Below, piece by piece: positions 55,164 through 64,000 of a stretch of DNA of 64,000 bases (its first letter is position 1; each line of letters starts with the position of its first letter). This DNA comes from an uncultured delta proteobacterium (GTDB taxonomy: Bacteria; Desulfobacterota; Binatia; Binatales; Binataceae), in contig CAVQEQ010000001.1 in assembly GCA_963711565.1 (NCBI GenBank), positions 928,001 through 992,000 on the forward strand, given 5' to 3'. Below the pieces are notes generated by a model, which was given only the letters and a program-made list of their open reading frames with translations, was not told the DNA's origin and did not search any database. The translations under genes were made by a program, and so were the position numbers.

Positions 55164-56969
55164 TCAAAAAATCGGCAGCCTGACTCCCAATGTGACCATC
55201 GCGCCGCTCGCGACGCCCATCAGCGCCTCGCCCGCTACTAGGCCCGCCGCAAGCAGAATCCCGGGTCCGCTCTCGGCTTCGTCGTCGGGTCCGAAAAACG
55301 AGTGGGCGAGCGCGCCGATGAAAATCGCGACGCTGAGCCCAAACGGAAGATACAAACCGATCGCGGCCGGCATGATCGGCGTGCGCCACTGCGATCCGAT
55401 TCGTTCCAGGTAGCGATCGCTGAAGCCGAGCATCGCCGCGAGGATGGCTCCCGTCGCAATCGTTCCCAAGGGCAAGCCGCCGTGGAACACTCCCTGCGTC
55501 ACCTTCGCCATCAGAAACGCTTGCGGAGCCGCCAGCGCGCCGGCCCGCGCAGTCGCGGTGCCCGCGATTCCGTAACCAGCGATCAGCAGGTTTAGAATCG
55601 GCGCCATCAGGAACGACGACGCGATCGCGCCGATCAGCACGCCGATCTCCAGCGAGCGCGGCGTCGCGCCGACGTGAAATCCGGTCGCGAGGTCGTGCAT
55701 GGAATCACCCGCCATCGCTGCCGCCGTGCACACGATCGCGCCGGAAAGAATCGCCAGTTGCGGCCCGACGCTCGGGGACACGCCGACCAGTTTCAGGAAC
55801 AGCGCAACGGCGAGCAGTACGATTACCGTCACGCCCGACACGGGATTGTTCGACGCGCCGACTATTCCCGTCAGATAGCCCGCGATCGCCGTCGCGAAAA
55901 GACAGATTAACGTCAGCAGAATTGCGAGCACCGCGCTGAGCGCGACATCACCGCTCAGCCCAACGCAGATGGCGAAGACTACGGGAACGCAGAGCGCCAC
56001 CGCCGTCAGCACCGCGCGCGCCGAGAGATCGGTGTCCTCACGCGCCGTGGCGACCGCTTGCGACGAGCGCACGACGCGGATGCTGTCGGCGATCGCAGAC
56101 GCGATTCGCGTGCGCAACTTCCACAGCGTCACGACGCCGCCGGTGAGCATCGCGCCGACACCGAGATAACGCACCTGGCCGCTCCACAATTGCTGCGCCG
56201 TCGCGGCGGCATTACCTGCTCCATCACCACCATGAAGGGCGGTGAGCACGGGAATCGCGACCAGCCACGCGAATGCGCCGCCGGCGAATACCAGCGCCGC
56301 GATCCTGATTCCGATGATGTAGCCGACGCCGAGCAGCGCCGCCGAAATGTCGATCGAGCCCGCGACTGCCGCACCGCCGACCCATCGCGCGCCCGACACC
56401 GCGCCGGGAATAGCTCCGGCCACGTCCTGAAGGGCTTTCAGAGCCGCCGACAGCAGCCCGCCGATGACGAGGGGACGAACATTGGCCTGCGCGTCGGCCG
56501 CGCGAAGCACCTGCGCGCACGCGACGCCTTCGGGAAACGGCAGCCGCTCCTCGACGACATACGCGCGGCGCAGGAACACCACGAGCAGCGCGCCCATCGT
56601 CGCGCCGACGACGCATAGCGCCGTCACCTCGACGTACGGCAGAGTTCTGACGCCGCCGAGAATTACCAGCGCCGGGAAAGTGAAAATCGCGCCCGCCGCG
56701 ACCGCTTCGCCCGCCGACGCGATCGTTTGCACGACGTTATTCTCGAGAATCGTCGAGCCGCCGAGAATCCGGAGTATCGCCATCGAGATGACCGCGGCCG
56801 GGATGCTCGCTGACACCGTCAGGCCCGCGTACAAACCGAGATACGCATTCGCCGCGCCGAGAATCAGCGCGAGCGCGATGCCAAGTGAGATGCTCCGCGG
56901 CGTCAGCTCGCGAATCGGCTCAGAAATTGGAGTAGGAACGTCGCGCTGCACGCCGACAATATATGTCAT
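55164..56969 (-). CDS. OPT family oligopeptide transporter
   Basis: NAYLGLYAG, ENNVVQT, FPEG, NNPVSG, APQA, GLVAGE. Confidence 0.93.
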   Translation of the reverse strand: MTYIVGVQRDVPTPISEPIRELTPRSISLGIALALILGAANAYLGLYAGLTVSASIPAAVISMAILRILGGSTILENNVVQTIASAGEAVAAGAIFTFPALVILGGVRTLPYVEVTALCVVGATMGALLVVFLRRAYVVEERLPFPEGVACAQVLRAADAQANVRPLVIGGLLSAALKALQDVAGAIPGAVSGARWVGGAAVAGSIDISAALLGVGYIIGIRIAALVFAGGAFAWLVAIPVLTALHGGDGAGNAAATAQQLWSGQVRYLGVGAMLTGGVVTLWKLRTRIASAIADSIRVVRSSQAVATAREDTDLSARAVLTAVALCVPVVFAICVGLSGDVALSAVLAILLTLICLFATAIAGYLTGIVGASNNPVSGVTVIVLLAVALFLKLVGVSPSVGPQLAILSGAIVCTAAAMAGDSMHDLATGFHVGATPRSLEIGVLIGAIASSFLMAPILNLLIAGYGIAGTATARAGALAAPQAFLMAKVTQGVFHGGLPLGTIATGAILAAMLGFSDRYLERIGSQWRTPIMPAAIGLYLPFGLSVAIFIGALAHSFFGPDDEAESGPGILLAAGLVAGEALMGVASGAMVTLGVRLPIF

Positions 56970-56996
56970 CGCGCAGCGGCGAGCGCGAGAGATGCT

Positions 56997-57488
56997 CTAG
57001 CTGTTCTTCGACTCCTGGAGCTTCGGATGCTCGACGGGCTTGCCGGCTGCAACCCAGCCCTGGATACCGTCGCTCATGACGCTCACGTCGGTGTATCCCG
57101 CGGCGATCGCGCGCCGCGCGGCCTCGTGCGACGCGGTGCATTGCGGGTCGGCGCAATAGAAGACCAGCTTGGCGCTTTTGTCGGGCGGCAGCGTCGTGGC
57201 GACATCGTACTTATCGTCGCTGCTGAGTAGATGCGCGCCTGGGATTACTCCGGCCGACGAACGCAGTCCCCATCCGTTCGCGTCATAGATGTTGACGTGC
57301 GAGTTCGGATTGGCCATCAGCGAGGCGAGATTATCGGCGCCGATGAGAGCGAACTTGTCCGGCTCTTTCGGCTTGTTGTTGAGAAGCGATCCGATGTCAA
57401 ACGCAAAGGCCGACGCCGTGGCGGACAAAACGATTGCGCCGACAATCGCCAAAACGACCGAGCGGCGCGCCCGCAAATAAATACTCAT
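56997..57488 (-). CDS. Secreted rhodanese-like protein
   Basis: Signal peptide, IPGA, VFYCADPQC, GIQGW. Confidence 0.88.
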   Translation of the reverse strand: MSIYLRARRSVVLAIVGAIVLSATASAFAFDIGSLLNNKPKEPDKFALIGADNLASLMANPNSHVNIYDANGWGLRSSAGVIPGAHLLSSDDKYDVATTLPPDKSAKLVFYCADPQCTASHEAARRAIAAGYTDVSVMSDGIQGWVAAGKPVEHPKLQESKNS

Positions 57489-57577
57489 ACCGGTAAGGGT
57501 ACCAAACGGCTTCGCGCGGGCAAAGATAGAATGATTCCCGCCCTTGAGCCATATTCGATTCGAGGTAAATCGTCGTC

Positions 57578-58357
57578 ATGCTGAAACTATTCGAGCATCC
57601 GTTTTCGCCGTACGTGCAGAAGGTCAAAATCGCACTCTACGAAAAGAATGTCGCGTTCGAGGTCGAGGTCCCCGACGCCTTCAGCGGCGCGCCGACACAA
57701 TTCGGCAAGACCAATCCACGGCTCGAGGTGCCCGCGCTGGTCGACGACGACTTTGCGATCTTCGACTCGACCATCATTCTGGATTACGTCGAAGAGAAAT
57801 GGCCCGTGCCCGCGATCTTGCCCACGACCCCGCGCGAGCGCGCTCGCGTGCGGATGGTCGAAGACGTGTGCGACACCTACTACGAGGCTATCAACTGGGG
57901 CCTGATGGAAGTGCGCGCGTGGAAGCGCGTAACCGGCGACGCCGCGAAACAACTCGAAACGAAAGCATCCGCGCAGACCGCCGGCGTGTTCGCATGGCTC
58001 GAACGCGAGCTTGGCGCCGCAAACTATTTCAACGGCGCGTCATTCGGCTACGGCGATTTGAGCGTTTACCCGCACGTGCGCGGCTCGATCGTCTGGGGCA
58101 TCCCGCCGAAGGCTGGAACCCGCCTCGCCGCATGGCTGACCCGCGTCGAAGAACGACCGAGCGTGCGCAAATCGATCGAGGCGGCACAGCAGTTCGCCGG
58201 CTCGATGGACATCCTGCCGCGGATGCTCGAGTCGGGCGCCTTCGCACGCCAATACCGCGACCATCGCCTCGAATGGATGCTCCGCAGCGGAGGCATCGAC
58301 GTGGTCCTCGAAGGTTTGAAGAAGAAGACGATCCGGTTCTCGAGCGAGATCTCCTAG
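57578..58357 (+). CDS. Glutathione S-transferase family protein
   Basis: SPYVQKVKIAL, NPRLEVPAL, DSTIILDY. Confidence 0.92.
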   Translation: MLKLFEHPFSPYVQKVKIALYEKNVAFEVEVPDAFSGAPTQFGKTNPRLEVPALVDDDFAIFDSTIILDYVEEKWPVPAILPTTPRERARVRMVEDVCDTYYEAINWGLMEVRAWKRVTGDAAKQLETKASAQTAGVFAWLERELGAANYFNGASFGYGDLSVYPHVRGSIVWGIPPKAGTRLAAWLTRVEERPSVRKSIEAAQQFAGSMDILPRMLESGAFARQYRDHRLEWMLRSGGIDVVLEGLKKKTIRFSSEIS

Positions 58358-59004
58358 CGCGCGGCGGCCACAAATCCGGAGATGTCGCGGACGATCTCGC
58401 CACGCTCGATCGGCACGCATTCGGCGGGGAACTCGCGCGTGATCCGATGGCCCGCGTCCACCAGCGCGGCGATGAAGCTATCAAGATGGCTCATCGCACG
58501 CGGCAGGATGTCGTGCATCACGACCAGCGTGTGCGGCCGCGTTGAGGCGTTGCGAAGGGCGCGATCGACCCACGCGTCCTGGTCGATCCAATCCTCGGGG
58601 ACGCAATTCCACAGCACGCAGGTGTAGCGGTTCGCGACAATGTGATCGACGGCAGCACGGCTCAGCAGATGAGGCCCAATTTTGCCGCCGCCGCCGAACG
58701 GGCGGAACAGTTTCGGATTTTCGGCGAGTGCGCCGATCAAATTCTCGGTCTTTGCGATTTCTGAATCGACGGCGTCTACATTCGGATCGTCGCCCAGCGG
58801 AATCCGATGTGTGTACGAATGATTGCCGATTCGATGCCCCTCGGCTGCCGCTCGCTGCGCCAACTTCATCTTCTCAGGCGATGCAAGATTTTTGCCGAGC
58901 ACGAAGAACGACGCCTTGACGCCGCGGCGCGCGAGCACGTCGAGCACTATCGGCGTCACCGCGGGATCGGGGCCGTTATCGAACGAGAGTGAGACGTCGC
59001 CCAT
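58354..59004 (-). CDS. Polysaccharide deacetylase (NodB) family protein
   Basis: LSFDNGP, ASFFV, GNHSYTH, FRP, VMHD. Confidence 0.9.
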   Translation of the reverse strand: MGDVSLSFDNGPDPAVTPIVLDVLARRGVKASFFVLGKNLASPEKMKLAQRAAAEGHRIGNHSYTHRIPLGDDPNVDAVDSEIAKTENLIGALAENPKLFRPFGGGGKIGPHLLSRAAVDHIVANRYTCVLWNCVPEDWIDQDAWVDRALRNASTRPHTLVVMHDILPRAMSHLDSFIAALVDAGHRITREFPAECVPIERGEIVRDISGFVAAAR

Positions 59005-59013
59005 AGACTGCCA

Positions 59014-59871
59014 CTACTTGGCCGCGGTGAATGTGAACGAGTCGCCTTTCTTCGAGATCTTTCCCGCCGACGGAGTCGCAAAGTGCGTCCCGAACACGAC
59101 GACGTTGGTGTCGGCGTACTTCTCGCAGAATGCGCGCCGCGTCTTCTTGGCCATGGGAAGGTCGGAATCGAAACCGTCGTCCCATTCAGGAAATTTGCAT
59201 TGAATCGGATGATGCATCAGGTCGCCGGTGATGACGGCCTCATTCCCCTTCGACGAAATCCGCACGCTGTGATGCCCTGGAGTGTGGCCGGGCGTCGGCT
59301 CGAGCCATACTTCGTCGGTGATGCGAAAGTTCGAATCGACCATGTCTGCCACGCCCGCATCGACGCAGGGACGCACCGAATCTTCCACCGGATCGCGCGC
59401 GTCCTTGCCGTCGAAATGCGACCAGTAATCCCATTCGGTGCCGCCGATGATGTAGCGGGCGTTGGGAAACGTCGGCACCCACTTGCCGTCCTTGAGCTTG
59501 GTGTTCCAGCCGACATGGTCAACGTGCAGATGCGTACAAACGACGCGATCGATCTTGTCGCTCGGATGGCCGGCTTTTTCCAGGTCGCTCAGGAACGGCA
59601 GCTTGAGGTTGCTCCACACCGGATTCGAACGGACCTTGTCGTTGCCGATGCAGGTATCGACGATGATGCGCTTGCCCTGCGACTCGATGATGAGCGCGTG
59701 GATGCTCATGCGCAGCTTGCCCTTCTCGTCGGAGAAAGTCGGATAGAGCCAGTCCGCCTCCTTCTGGACGTTCTCGGCGGTGGCGTCCGGAAAGAGCCAC
59801 GTGCCCCGCCATGGTGCCTCGCTCTCGATGATACGCGTTATTTTGACGTCGCCGACTTTGAACTGGTTCAT
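59014..59871 (-). CDS. MBL-fold metallo-hydrolase
   Basis: THLHVDHVGWN, PGHTPGH, GDLMH, THF. Confidence 0.92.
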   Translation of the reverse strand: MNQFKVGDVKITRIIESEAPWRGTWLFPDATAENVQKEADWLYPTFSDEKGKLRMSIHALIIESQGKRIIVDTCIGNDKVRSNPVWSNLKLPFLSDLEKAGHPSDKIDRVVCTHLHVDHVGWNTKLKDGKWVPTFPNARYIIGGTEWDYWSHFDGKDARDPVEDSVRPCVDAGVADMVDSNFRITDEVWLEPTPGHTPGHHSVRISSKGNEAVITGDLMHHPIQCKFPEWDDGFDSDLPMAKKTRRAFCEKYADTNVVVFGTHFATPSAGKISKKGDSFTFTAAK

Positions 59872-59992
59872 CGCGAATCCTCCTGCGTAAGGCCAACTTA
59901 GCCCGAACTTTGGAGATTCGCCAAGCGTGAATGTTTGGCGCGAACTGGGCTATAGCTACTCGCGTACCAACGCGCTCGATGGAGGAATTGCG

Positions 59993-60463
59993 ATGGCGAA
60001 AATTCGCGGCGAAGGTCCGCAGCAGGATATCGATGAGATCGTACGGCTCCACAATCTATGGGTGAAAGCGAATCGCACCGGCAGTATCCCGATGATGCGC
60101 GACGCGTTTGTCGGCGGCGACAAGTTCTTCGGCTGGAACCTCAACGGCTTTGCCTACGACGGGATCGAAGAGTGGGCAACGCTGTGGGAATGGCTGGCCA
60201 ACTTCAAAGCGAAAGCAACGCTCGGCGAGGATGAAGACCTGCGCGTGCGCGTCCGTGGCGACATGGGATTTCTCTCGTGCCACGCGCCGTTCACGATCAC
60301 GCTCGCCGACGGCAACCCTCTTCCTGGCAGCGGCAAGTTCCGCAGTACCGAGGTCTACGTGCGCGAGGACGACAAGGGCAAGCCCGTCTGGAAGATGTGG
60401 CATTGCCATTTTTCGTGGTGTGCGCAAGGTCCACGAATGGCGTTCGAGAACGAGGCAAAGTGA
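59993..60463 (+). CDS. SnoaL/NTF2-like protein
   Basis: GGAGG RBS; RSTEVYVR..WKMWHCHFS C-terminal strand pattern. Confidence 0.8.
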   Translation: MAKIRGEGPQQDIDEIVRLHNLWVKANRTGSIPMMRDAFVGGDKFFGWNLNGFAYDGIEEWATLWEWLANFKAKATLGEDEDLRVRVRGDMGFLSCHAPFTITLADGNPLPGSGKFRSTEVYVREDDKGKPVWKMWHCHFSWCAQGPRMAFENEAK

Positions 60464-61476
60464 TGGCCAAAGTTCGAGAGTTCGGCGTCGGCTTCGAGAA
60501 TCTGCACCCACGCGAGTTCGTCGCGCACGCCAAACGAGCCGAAGATGCGGGCTTCGGGACATTCTGGGTGCCCGAAGATCCCTTCTATCGCGGCGCGTTC
60601 AGCGTGGCGTCGGCGATCGCGTGCGGCACCTCAAAGATCAAGATCGGTCTGGGCATCGTGAATCCATACTTGCGGCATCCCGCGCTCACCGCGATGGAAT
60701 TCGCGGCGCTGGACGAACTCGCGGACGGGCGTGCGATTCTCGGGATCGGCGCGGGGCTGAAGGATTGGATCGAGGGGCGGTTGAAGATTCCGTACAAACT
60801 GCCGACCTGGGCGATGCGCGAGACGGTCGAGATCGTGCGGCGATTCTTTCGCGGCGAGGAGCTGTCCTACGCGGGCCGCGTCTTCAACGCCGAGCGGGTC
60901 AAATTGAGTTTCAAGCCGGCGCGCACCGAGATCCCGATCTATCTCGGAATACTCGGCCCGAAGAACTGCGAACTGACCGGCGAAGTCGCCGACGGGCTGC
61001 TGCTCAGCATCATGTCGTCGCCGGCCTACGTCAGATTCGCGATGGAACATGCCCGGCAGGGGCTGAAGAAATCGGGGCGCAGCGAGAACGACTTCAACGT
61101 CGGCGCCTACATCTTCTCGTCGATATCGGAGGACGAGCGCGCGGCGCGCGATCGACTGCGGCCCATCGTCGCGATCATGGTCTCGCTGATGGCGCCGCAG
61201 CCGAATACGCCGATTTTCGCCGCCGCGGGTTTGCCGGCTGAGACGATCGTCAAATTTGGCGAGAGTTTTGCGCGCGGCAAGCTTCCCGTCAACATGGTGA
61301 CCGACGAGATGCTCGATACGTTCACGATTGCCGGCAGTCCCGCGCGATGCCGCGAGAACCTCGCGAAACTGATCGAAGCCGGCGTGACGGCGCCGGTATT
61401 TTTCGAAGTGCCGGGCATCCCGCCGCAGCAGACGATGGACGATGCAGAAAAGCATCTGCTGCCGTATTTCACTTAA
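60463..61476 (+). CDS. LLM-class flavin/F420-dependent oxidoreductase (Mer-like)
   Basis: AEDAGFGTFWVPE, NPYLRHP, GRAILGIGAG, IPIYLG..GPK..GEVADG. Confidence 0.9.
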   Translation: MAKVREFGVGFENLHPREFVAHAKRAEDAGFGTFWVPEDPFYRGAFSVASAIACGTSKIKIGLGIVNPYLRHPALTAMEFAALDELADGRAILGIGAGLKDWIEGRLKIPYKLPTWAMRETVEIVRRFFRGEELSYAGRVFNAERVKLSFKPARTEIPIYLGILGPKNCELTGEVADGLLLSIMSSPAYVRFAMEHARQGLKKSGRSENDFNVGAYIFSSISEDERAARDRLRPIVAIMVSLMAPQPNTPIFAAAGLPAETIVKFGESFARGKLPVNMVTDEMLDTFTIAGSPARCRENLAKLIEAGVTAPVFFEVPGIPPQQTMDDAEKHLLPYFT

Positions 61477-61490
61477 GAGAGGAATCGACG

Positions 61491-62987
61491 ATGGCATTCA
61501 AGGTTCCCAGCGCTGAAGAATTGAAGAGAATCGCGCGCGCGAATCATATCGAGCTGACCGCTGGGGAGCTCGCGGCGTTGGAAAGCATGATGCCGGGGCA
61601 AATGGCGATCCTCGAGAAGATCGACGCGATTGCCGAGATGCCGCGGGAATCGGTGACGCGCTATCGCGATCGCAAGGCGGGCGAGCGCCCATCGGCCAAG
61701 GACGATCCGCTCAACGCGATCGTCACGCGATGCAGCGTCAAGGGCGCGGCGAGCGGTCCGCTGAAGGGCAAGCGCGTCGGAGTGAAGGACAGCGTGTGCG
61801 TGGCCGGCATTCCGGCGAGCGGCGGGTCGTCGGTGCTGAAGGGTCACGTGGCCGCCGCCGACGCGACGATTGTTGCGCGGATGCTCGACGCGGGCGCGGA
61901 AATCGTCGCGACATTGAACATGGACGACTTCGCGCTGTCGGGCGACGGCCGCACCAGCTTTTACGGACCGGTGCGCAATCCGCACAACCCGGAGTATTGC
62001 GCGGGCGGTTCGTCATGCGGCTCGGCGGCGGCGCTCTACTACGACGATATCGATCTGACGGTAGGCACCGACCAGGGCGGCTCAATCAGAATTCCCGCGT
62101 CGTGGTCGGGCGTAGTCGGTATCAAGCCGACCTACGGCCTCGTGCCTTACACGGGCGTGATGAGTATTGACCCCACTCTCGATCACGTGGGCCCGATGGC
62201 GCGTACCGTGAGCGACGTTGCGATGCTGCTCGAAGTGATCGCGGGCAAGGACCCGCTCGATCCGCGCCAGCGCGAAGTGACGACCGCGCCGTATCGCGAG
62301 GCGCTCGGCAAGTCGCTTGACCGTATCAAGCTGGGCGTTGTGCGAGAGGGCTTTACGCAAGCAGGCGCCGAGGCCGACGTGAACGCCGCGGTGAATCGCG
62401 CAGTCGCGGCACTCGGGAAGCTCGGCGCACGCGCGACCGAGATTTCGATTCCCGCGCACAGCGACGCCTCCGATCTGCTCTACGCGATCGTGCCCGAGGG
62501 GATGGCGATGCTGGCGCGCACGAACCTGCACGGGACGCATCACGCGGGTGCGTACATGCCCGAACTCGCCGCGCATTTCGGGCAGCACTTCCCGGAGCGG
62601 GCGAACAACGTCGCGCTGACCGTCAAGTTCATGCTGATATTCGGCAACCTCGTGCGCGAGCGCTATCACGGAAAATATTATGCGAAGGTGCAGAGCTATC
62701 GGCCCGCGCTGACGGCGAAATACGACGCTGCGCTCAAAGAATACGACGCGCTGGTGATGCCCTCGACGCCCATGAAGGCGCATCGCCAGGACTCGCAGGC
62801 GCCGTACTCGATGATCACCAACACGGCGCCGTTCGATATCACGGGGCATCCGGCGATCAGTGTGCCGTGCGCGAAATCGAACGGACTGCCGGTCGGGTTG
62901 ATGATCGTCGGGCGGCACTTCGACGACTTGACACCGCTGAAGATTGCGTATGCGTACGAGCAGAGCGTCGATTGGCTGAGGCCGTAG
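61491..62987 (+). CDS. Amidase-signature family amidase
   Basis: GVKD, GGSSCGS, GTDQGGSIRIPA, KPTYG, TGHPAISVP. Confidence 0.95.
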   Translation: MAFKVPSAEELKRIARANHIELTAGELAALESMMPGQMAILEKIDAIAEMPRESVTRYRDRKAGERPSAKDDPLNAIVTRCSVKGAASGPLKGKRVGVKDSVCVAGIPASGGSSVLKGHVAAADATIVARMLDAGAEIVATLNMDDFALSGDGRTSFYGPVRNPHNPEYCAGGSSCGSAAALYYDDIDLTVGTDQGGSIRIPASWSGVVGIKPTYGLVPYTGVMSIDPTLDHVGPMARTVSDVAMLLEVIAGKDPLDPRQREVTTAPYREALGKSLDRIKLGVVREGFTQAGAEADVNAAVNRAVAALGKLGARATEISIPAHSDASDLLYAIVPEGMAMLARTNLHGTHHAGAYMPELAAHFGQHFPERANNVALTVKFMLIFGNLVRERYHGKYYAKVQSYRPALTAKYDAALKEYDALVMPSTPMKAHRQDSQAPYSMITNTAPFDITGHPAISVPCAKSNGLPVGLMIVGRHFDDLTPLKIAYAYEQSVDWLRP

Positions 62988-62990
62988 CAA

Positions 62991-63694
62991 GTGCAACTCG
63001 CAAAGCGATTCGTGGACGTGGGAATTTTCACAAATCGGATCGACGAGATGCGCGCGTTTTACGGCGAACGAGTCAGGCTGCCCTATGAGGAGTTGCTGCC
63101 GGTCGGCGGCGGCGTCCGGCAATATCGCTACGGGCTGCTCGGCTCGGTGCTCAAGATAAATCACTCGCGCGATCCGCAGCCGGCGCGAATCGCGGGCGGC
63201 TACCGGATGCTTTCGATTTCCGATCCGCGAACTCCGATGCCGATCCCGATGCAGGACCCCGACGGCAACGACCTCGAGCTGATCCCGGGCGGCCAGCGCG
63301 GGGTCAATCAGATCGAAATCCATATCGGCGTCACCGACGAGGCCGCCTTCGAGCATTTCTACGCCGACGCGCTGAATGGTGAGCGGCTGGCAGCCGGTCG
63401 TTTCAAGCTCGGCGAGACGATCATCAGCTTCCGCCACGACCCGGCGGCCGTGTCCGCATCGAAGTCAGAGCCGGACGTGATGGCGTCGATGCGCGCAGTC
63501 GGGATGCGTTATATCACGATCCAGGTGCGCGACTGCGACAGCGAGCATCGGCGTTGATGTCGATGGGCGTGTGGGAAGGCGCCGCGCCGCTGACGCTCGG
63601 CAAGGTCGCGCGCATCTCGATGATTCGCGATCCCGACGGCAACTTCATTGAGATTTCACAGCGGGCCTCGCTGACTGGCCCGATCCCGAGCTGA
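62991..63694 (+). pseudogene. VOC/glyoxalase protein, 1-nt frameshift near 63552 (probably an assembly error)
   Basis: DPDGNDLEL in ORF 62991..63557; the second DPDGNFIEISQ follows in another frame to TGA 63694. Confidence 0.8.
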
Positions 63695-64000
63695 CTGGGG
63701 GCACGGCGGGCGCGGCTGGGGGCTCGGAAACGAGCAGCGAGCGAACGATCGGCACCAGCGACAGTTGCGACGGTTCGTCGCCCGCGATCCCATCGACGAG
63801 CTGCTTCAGCTTCGCGCCCGGATAATCCTTGCGCGCAACGATCAGCGGGATGTGACTGTCCTGCATCGACGCGCTGCCATGCCACGAATGATACGGCGCC
63901 GAGAAGTAGAAGCGGTCTTTAATCGGCCGGTTTAGCCCCGACTTCGACAGCAGCAGCACGTCGCCGGCGCGATTGCCGTATGGCCCCGCGCTCAGCCATC
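63645..64000 (-). CDS. Alkaline phosphatase/nucleotide pyrophosphatase superfamily protein, 3' end only
   Basis: RAGDVLLL...SWHGS...DSHIPLIVA; the frame is open to the window edge. Confidence 0.6.
   Translation of the reverse strand, partial: WLSAGPYGNRAGDVLLLSKSGLNRPIKDRFYFSAPYHSWHGSASMQDSHIPLIVARKDYPGAKLKQLVDGIAGDEPSQLSLVPIVRSLLVSEPPAAPAVPPVSSGSGQSARPAVKSQ

Noticed and set aside
63540-63560. Selenocysteine or stop readthrough at the VOC TGA
   Set aside because: The continuation is in a different frame, so readthrough would not restore the protein.
1-64000. CRISPR array, prophage, integrase or intact transposase
   Set aside because: No regularly spaced repeats and no ORF with cas, phage structural, recombinase or transposase motifs.

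Overview
High-GC bacterial chromosomal segment with about 60 genes, mostly housekeeping and catabolic. The gene families and style suggest Candidatus Binatus/Binatota; this is inference, as no rRNA or marker gene is present. Recognisable genes include a Tat sulfatase, a Phd-ParE/RelE TA pair, tRNA-Val(CAC), a large NAD-glutamate dehydrogenase, rlmD-like, nagA, anmK, ribE, mtnA, a peptide ABC transporter, ppx and sixA. No CRISPR array, prophage, integrase or intact transposase was seen. The most notable observations are: (1) an integrase-less 1.36 kb islet between tRNA-Val and a perfect 23-bp copy of its 3' end, carrying a pyrE-like PRTase and an overlapping unknown ORF; (2) a ppx / tandem thymidylate-kinase-like pair (one with a degenerate P-loop) / CHAD / sixA operon, a candidate polyphosphate system; (3) an orphan 6-Cys bufferin-like precursor, a Met-rich secreted protein, and a cytochrome b plus MsrP-like molybdoenzyme; (4) an LvaAB-like kinase module coupled to a beta-barrel enzyme instead of an acyl-CoA dehydrogenase; (5) a coiled-coil plus basic-domain candidate nucleoid protein in an AT-rich locus; (6) recurrent Asp->Asn changes at conserved residues, all at CGAC->CAAC within GTCGAC/CGACGTC, plus four single-base frameshifts. 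The last is most likely long-read error at methylated motifs. All family assignments are from motif recognition by eye; no database searches were run.
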